Below are positions 63,285 through 64,000 of a DNA stretch of 64,000 nt, piece after piece. Source of the stretch: a virus (lineage: Duplodnaviria; Caudoviricetes); IMG/VR virus record IMGVR_UViG_3300020577_007690, positions 10,782 to 74,781 of that record; one strand, written 5' to 3'. The notes under the pieces were generated by a model. That model saw only the letters and a list, made by a program, of their open reading frames with translations, ran no database searches and was not told the DNA's origin. Each line of letters opens with the position of its first letter. Within the stretch, counting starts at the first letter, position 1. The translations under genes were made by a program, and so were the position numbers.

Positions 63285-63560
63285 ATGAAGATCCGTCGCT
63301 TCCTTCCTGCCTTGCGTATCGCCTTGCTCCTCGCCATGGCCGACGACTGCGCCGGCATGAAGACTGGAGGCATGACTGGCCTCCAGGTCACAGGGGTCTC
63401 CACGACCGTCAACATCAACGCGGCAGCGAGCGGCGCCGCCGAAGGTGCGGCGCAGGCTGGGATGGACCCGGCGGCGGGCCAGAAGGGCGCGACCGAGGTC
63501 CAAGGGCCTGTCCAGCACGGCTGCCTGAAGACCCCGGGCCGCGAAGACGTCTGCTGGTAG
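63285..63560 (+). CDS. Exported small protein (possible atypical lipoprotein)
   Basis: Basic then hydrophobic signal followed by ADDC; CLK...CW tail. Confidence 0.6.
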   Translation: MKIRRFLPALRIALLLAMADDCAGMKTGGMTGLQVTGVSTTVNINAAASGAAEGAAQAGMDPAAGQKGATEVQGPVQHGCLKTPGREDVCW

Positions 63561-63564
63561 ACCG

Positions 63565-63864
63565 ATGACGATCGAGCGAGAGGTGCGCAAGCGCCTGGCG
63601 TGTCTCTCCCCTCTGGAGGAGTTCATCATCCGTGCGCGCTACCTGCGCACCTCTCCGCTCAGTCGTTGTGACACCGCCAAGCTCCTCAAGCAGAAGGGCT
63701 GGGGTCGCTTCCGCGGAGCCAAGGCGGTGATGCGCCTCGAAGAGGGTGCGCTCCTGAAGCTGAAGCGGCTCCTACGCTACCTACTCGACCAAGAACAAGA
63801 TCCTGCGCCGCCTACCATCTGGGAGGAGACGATCAGGAACCTTCACGAAGGACAGGACAGATGA
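63565..63864 (+). CDS. Second sigma70 region-4-like HTH protein
   Basis: LSPLEEFIIRARY...VMRLEEGALLKLK. Confidence 0.6.
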   Translation: MTIEREVRKRLACLSPLEEFIIRARYLRTSPLSRCDTAKLLKQKGWGRFRGAKAVMRLEEGALLKLKRLLRYLLDQEQDPAPPTIWEETIRNLHEGQDR

Positions 63865-63962
63865 AAAAGATCGCCCTCGCCTTGCTGCTCTCTGCTTGCG
63901 GCCCTGACTCGGCGCCGAAGCAGGACAACGGAGGGCAAGCCCCATGCCTAGCCATGACATGA
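63861..63962 (+). CDS. Very small lipoprotein (33 aa)
   Basis: MKKIALALLLSA-C lipobox; ATGA overlap. Confidence 0.55.
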   Translation: MKKIALALLLSACGPDSAPKQDNGGQAPCLAMT

Positions 63963-64000
63963 CCCCCGAAGAGATGCGCGACGAAATCGAGCGCCTACGC

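Noticed and set aside
1-64000. tRNA genes, integrase/att sites, reverse transcriptase (retron or DGR) and stop-codon recoding
   Set aside because: None was recognisable; core genes read through cleanly in the standard code

Overview
The window is part of a GC-rich tailed dsDNA phage genome with a contractile (myovirus-type) tail. The host is very probably a myxobacterium (Myxococcota), based on a myxobacterial-type stand-alone sigma70 region-4 protein, myxobacterial-style Cys-rich and lipoprotein domains, and a repeated operator that resembles the Myxococcus xanthus LexA box. Layout: (i) 1-3.6 kb, a PAPS-reductase-like gene, an HTH gene and two ParB-like genes; (ii) 3.6-15.4 kb, two divergent arrays of small early-type genes starting from a low-GC control region at 7.9-8.55 kb, which has ~107-bp inverted repeats, a perfect DnaA box and GATC-rich flanks; (iii) 15.4-53.9 kb, a minus-strand morphogenesis cluster (fibres, baseplate, tape measure, frameshifting tail chaperone, tube, sheath, neck, CHAP lysin, major capsid, scaffold, portal, large terminase) with inserted plus-strand cargo; (iv) 54-64 kb, accessory genes (MazG-like/NUDIX fusion, stand-alone response regulator, Dam methylase, degenerate HNH, LexA-type DNA-binding domain with a zinc ribbon, nucleases, a second sigma region-4 protein). 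I saw no integrase, polymerase, tRNA or CRISPR array. The most interesting signals are mostly outside the ORF track: an 11-member regulon with a 17-bp CTGAAC box at a fixed 24-26 nt upstream of a -10 hexamer; a ~590-nt ornately folded non-coding RNA candidate driven by one of these promoters; the inverted-repeat origin/packaging-like locus; five basic head-region proteins sharing an N-terminal M-x-G-x-x-M-[KR] leader; and many leaderless structural-gene promoters. All family assignments come from motif recognition by eye, not from database searches.
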